Origin: Candidatus Magasanikiibacteriota bacterium
GTDB lineage: Bacteria; Patescibacteriota; Patescibacteriia; Magasanikbacterales; GWA2-37-8
DNA: 64,000 nt
Reading direction: 5' to 3'
Assembly: GCA_041666745.1 (NCBI GenBank)
Contig: JBAYGI010000001.1
Coordinates: forward strand, 155,095 to 219,094
Shown in pieces: positions 60,949 to 64,000 of the stretch (positions within the stretch are counted from its first letter, which is position 1; each line of letters opens with the position of its first letter). The position numbers and the translations under genes were made by a program. The notes beneath the pieces are model-generated. The model was not told the origin of the DNA. It worked only from the letters and a program-made list of their open reading frames with translations, and ran no database searches.

Positions 60949-62180
60949 GTTTCGTACCTTTATCCGATCGCATGCGGCCACGCAATTTTGATGAATTTTT
61001 TGGACAGGAAGAAATTGTTGGCAAAAAAAAGTTGTTGAGAAAACTGATCGATAGTGATCAACTTTCTTCTTTGATTTTTTGGGGACCACCGGGAGTAGGT
61101 AAAACTACCCTGGCGCAAATTATTGCCGCTCAAACCAAATCACACTTTGTAGTGATTTCGGCAGTGATGGACGGCAAAGACGAATTACGAAAAGCGGTAG
61201 ACGACGCTCAATATCATTTGCGATTGGAAAACAAACGCACGGTTTTGTTTATTGATGAAATTCATCGTTGGAACAAGGCTCAACAAGACGCTCTATTGCC
61301 ATTTGTGGAAAAAGGTTTGATCACTTTGGTGGGAGCAACTACCGAAAATCCTTCATTTGAAATTGTGGGGGCGTTACTGTCGCGTTCGCGTGTTTTTATT
61401 TTAAAATATTTGGAAAATAATGATATCATAAAAATTATTGAACGTGCCCTGGTAGATAAAGAGCGGGGATTGGGAAAGTTTAATGTCAAAATAGATAAAG
61501 ATGAAATTGAAATGTTGGCGCAGTTGTCATCTGGAGATGCGCGCGCGGCACTCAATAGTTTGGAATTGGCGGTAAAAGCCAAGGTGAGTAAAGGTAAAAA
61601 TACCGAAATAAAAATTTCAAAATCGGACATCAAAGAAGCCTTGCAAAAAACTCATTTGGTTTTCGATAAAAAAGGTGAAGAGTTTTACAATCTGATTTCC
61701 GCTTTGCACAAAAGTATGCGTGGCAGTGATCCAAATGCTTCGATTTATTGGTTGGTGCGTATGCTCGAAGGTGGGGCAGATCCACTATATATTGCGCGAC
61801 GGGTATTGCGGTTTGCTTGTGAAGATATCGGTATGGCCAACAGCGAAGCACTGATTCAAGCCAATGCCGCTTATGATGCCTGCCACAAAATCGGCTATCC
61901 GGAATGTAGTGTGCATCTCGCTCAGGCGGTAATATACTGTGCTAAGTCGGCCAAATCAAATTTATTATATACTGCCTATGAACACGCAAAAAAAGACGCG
62001 ATGGAAACGTCTCATTTGGGTGTGCCGATTCATTTGCGCAATGCGCCGACTAAATTTATGAAGAATATTGGGTACGGCAAAGATTATAAGTATAATCCGG
62101 ATTTTGCCGAGCCTGTGGATCAAGATTATTTACCAAAAGAACTGAAAGGTAAAAATTATTTCAAACTTAAATCATCGTAA
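60945..62180 (+). CDS. rarA: Replication-associated recombination protein A (AAA+ ATPase)
   Basis: Walker A GPPGVGKTTLAQIIA plus the RarA-typical C-terminal helical domains. Confidence 0.75.
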   Translation: MSFVPLSDRMRPRNFDEFFGQEEIVGKKKLLRKLIDSDQLSSLIFWGPPGVGKTTLAQIIAAQTKSHFVVISAVMDGKDELRKAVDDAQYHLRLENKRTVLFIDEIHRWNKAQQDALLPFVEKGLITLVGATTENPSFEIVGALLSRSRVFILKYLENNDIIKIIERALVDKERGLGKFNVKIDKDEIEMLAQLSSGDARAALNSLELAVKAKVSKGKNTEIKISKSDIKEALQKTHLVFDKKGEEFYNLISALHKSMRGSDPNASIYWLVRMLEGGADPLYIARRVLRFACEDIGMANSEALIQANAAYDACHKIGYPECSVHLAQAVIYCAKSAKSNLLYTAYEHAKKDAMETSHLGVPIHLRNAPTKFMKNIGYGKDYKYNPDFAEPVDQDYLPKELKGKNYFKLKSS

Positions 62181-62592
62181 TTTTCCTTTTATTTTTTCCC
62201 AGATGTTCAAGTGTGATCGAAAATGTTTGTTTGTTTTTTAATAATCCGATCAATTTTTCCGGCCACTCAATCACACAAATGGAACATGGATCGCATAAAT
62301 AATCTTCGACGCCGATGTCTTTTAATTCCTGTTCGTTTTTGATGCGGTAGGTATCGATGTGGACTATCCTGTTTATGGTATGATTGCGAGTGCAATAGTG
62401 GTTCATCAAATTAAATGTCGGGCTGGTGATTTCTTCCTTTACTCCCAAACCGGCAGCCATACCCTTTATCAAAGTGGTTTTTCCGGTACCGAGCTCTCCG
62501 TTTAGTAATAAAATGTCTCCGCCTCTAAGCTGTTCTGACATTTTTTTTCCAAATTCGTAGGTTTCTTCTGGGGAGTTGGTAATTATTTCCAT
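62167..62592 (-). CDS. tsaE: tRNA threonylcarbamoyladenosine biosynthesis protein TsaE
   Basis: P-loop GELGTGKTTLIKG. 141 aa. Confidence 0.7.
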   Translation of the reverse strand: MEIITNSPEETYEFGKKMSEQLRGGDILLLNGELGTGKTTLIKGMAAGLGVKEEITSPTFNLMNHYCTRNHTINRIVHIDTYRIKNEQELKDIGVEDYLCDPCSICVIEWPEKLIGLLKNKQTFSITLEHLGKNKRKITMI

Positions 62593-62708
62593 ATCAATGA
62601 TTTTTTATCAAATTACACCCCCCTTGTTATTTTAGTCGTTAAATTATACATAATTTTATTGCGTTGGTCAATAGAAATTGTGGATAAATTTAGGGTAACC
62701 TTTTTCAT

Positions 62709-62743
62709 TTGCCAAATTTTACATTTTTTTGTATAATAAAGCC
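62709..62743 (+). promoter_or_regulatory. sigma70-like promoter (TTGCCA-17-TATAAT)
   Basis: Upstream of gatC. Confidence 0.45.
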
Positions 62744-62764
62744 ATAATTTTAATTTATATTATG

Positions 62765-63067
62765 TCACTAACTATTGAAGAAGTTCGGAAAATTGCCCAG
62801 CTGGCTCGCGTTGAATTGACTCCAACCGAAGAAAAACGACACGCGGAAACTATTTCTACAGTATTGGATTTTGTAAATACTTTAAACGAAGTCGATACCG
62901 AGGGGGTGGAGCCGACTGCTCAGGTGACCGGTTTGGAAGATGTGACGCGTGAAGATGTGGTAAAAAATTCTGCAATCAAAAAAGAATTAATTAAACAAAT
63001 GCCACAAGTAAGCGCGGGCCTTCTCAAAGTGCCGGCAGTTTTTGGCGATAGTGAAGATGTTATATGA
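62765..63067 (+). CDS. gatC: Glutamyl/aspartyl-tRNA amidotransferase subunit C
   Basis: MSLTIEEVRKIAQLARVELTPTEEKRHAETISTVLDFVNTL is the canonical GatC sequence. The stop overlaps the gatA start (ATGA). Confidence 0.75.
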   Translation, partial: SLTIEEVRKIAQLARVELTPTEEKRHAETISTVLDFVNTLNEVDTEGVEPTAQVTGLEDVTREDVVKNSAIKKELIKQMPQVSAGLLKVPAVFGDSEDVI

Positions 63068-64000
63068 AATTAAATGAACTTACAATCAAAGAAGCTCAGG
63101 ATGGTTTGTTAAGTAAAAAATTTACTTCGGTGGAATTGACCCAAGCTTGTTTGGAGAAAATTAAAGAAAGAAACAAAGAATTGAATGCTTTTATTACTGT
63201 TTGTGAGGAATCAGCGCTGGCGGAGGCGGTGAGAGCCGATGAGATATTGATGACCGGCAATGCTCAACCATTGACGGGTATTCCATTTGCAGTGAAAGAT
63301 GCTATCTGTACTGCTGGTGTGCGTTCGACTGGGGCGGCTAAAATTTTAGATAATTATGTTCCGCCATACAACGCCACAGTGATAGAGAAAATCCGCGTTC
63401 AAGGTGGCGTTTTACTTGGAAAAACCAATTGTGATGCCTTTGGTCATGGTGCCAGTAATGAAAATAGTATGTATGGACCGGTAAAAAATCCGCATGATTT
63501 AAAAAAAGTAGCTGGTGGATCTTCGGGTGGAGCAGCCGCGGCGGTGGCCGATAATTTGTGTATCTATGCTATTGCCGAAGATACCGGCGGTTCGATTCGT
63601 CAGCCGGCTAGTTTTTGTGGGGTAGTTGGTTTGCGTCCTAGTTATGGTCGCAATTCACGTTTTGGAATTATGCCAATGGCTTCTTCTTTCGACACGGTCG
63701 GTCCGATGACCAAGACAGTGGAGGATATGGCCACAGTGATGAAAGAAATTGCCGGTAAAGATAAACTGGACGCCACTTCCGTTCCTGAACCGGTTCCGGA
63801 TTATACAAAAGAAATTACCCAAGACATTTCCGGTTTGCGTATCGGCGTTCCAAAAGAATATTTTTCCGCGGAAGGAATGGATCAAGAAGTTCGGAAAATT
63901 GTTGAAAAACAAATTAAAAATTTAGCAAAAACCGGCGCGGAAATTATTCCAGTTAGTTTGCCACTCACCAAATATGCTCTCGCGGTGTATTATGTGTTGG
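63064..64000 (+). CDS. gatA: Glutamyl/aspartyl-tRNA amidotransferase subunit A (amidase), 3'-truncated by the window edge
   Basis: MKLNELTIKEAQDGLLSKKFTSVELTQACLEKIKE...GGSSGGAAAAVA is the amidase signature. The frame is open to the window end. Confidence 0.75.
   Translation, partial: MKLNELTIKEAQDGLLSKKFTSVELTQACLEKIKERNKELNAFITVCEESALAEAVRADEILMTGNAQPLTGIPFAVKDAICTAGVRSTGAAKILDNYVPPYNATVIEKIRVQGGVLLGKTNCDAFGHGASNENSMYGPVKNPHDLKKVAGGSSGGAAAAVADNLCIYAIAEDTGGSIRQPASFCGVVGLRPSYGRNSRFGIMPMASSFDTVGPMTKTVEDMATVMKEIAGKDKLDATSVPEPVPDYTKEITQDISGLRIGVPKEYFSAEGMDQEVRKIVEKQIKNLAKTGAEIIPVSLPLTKYALAVYYVL

Overview
This is a low-GC (about 35% GC by eye) bacterial window with tight gene packing. It holds a peptidoglycan/division block on the minus strand (murC, an ATE/Bpt-like transferase, mraY, murF, ftsI, gpsA, rlmN), gatCA, rarA, tsaE, hpf, murB, and many small secreted, Cys-rich or membrane-anchored hypothetical proteins. 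The overall picture fits a CPR/Patescibacteria-like episymbiont, though that placement is an inference.

The most unusual part is a set of GC-rich islands (about 60-65% GC) at 265-4560 and 13390-14440. I read them as gene cassettes with repeated boundary boxes. Their ORFs encode envelope proteins: a zinc-ribbon bitopic repeat protein, an OMP-like beta-barrel, a Cys-rich-repeat lipoprotein and a coiled-coil bitopic protein. Two of the cassettes are preceded by a conserved, structured leader of about 230 nt. That leader carries the host's own REP-like hairpin, which argues the islands are native rather than an assembly artefact.

Other notable features:
- A REP-like hairpin family (ATTCCC-N8-GGGAAT) that is inserted in-frame into four genes.
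- A GIY-YIG gene flanked by inverted repeats and 16-bp direct repeats.
- An AbiEi/AbiEii toxin-antitoxin pair.
- A Panacea-domain protein with an unknown partner.
- A mini radical-SAM/SPASM protein next to Cys-rich secreted proteins.
- A 975-aa protein with tandem TSR-like Cys repeats.
- A LysW-like zinc-ribbon mini-protein.
- A tRNA-Glu(CUC).
- Two further GC-elevated islets at 29220-29660 and 44430-44930.

All calls rest on reading the sequence and recognising motifs. No database searches were run.
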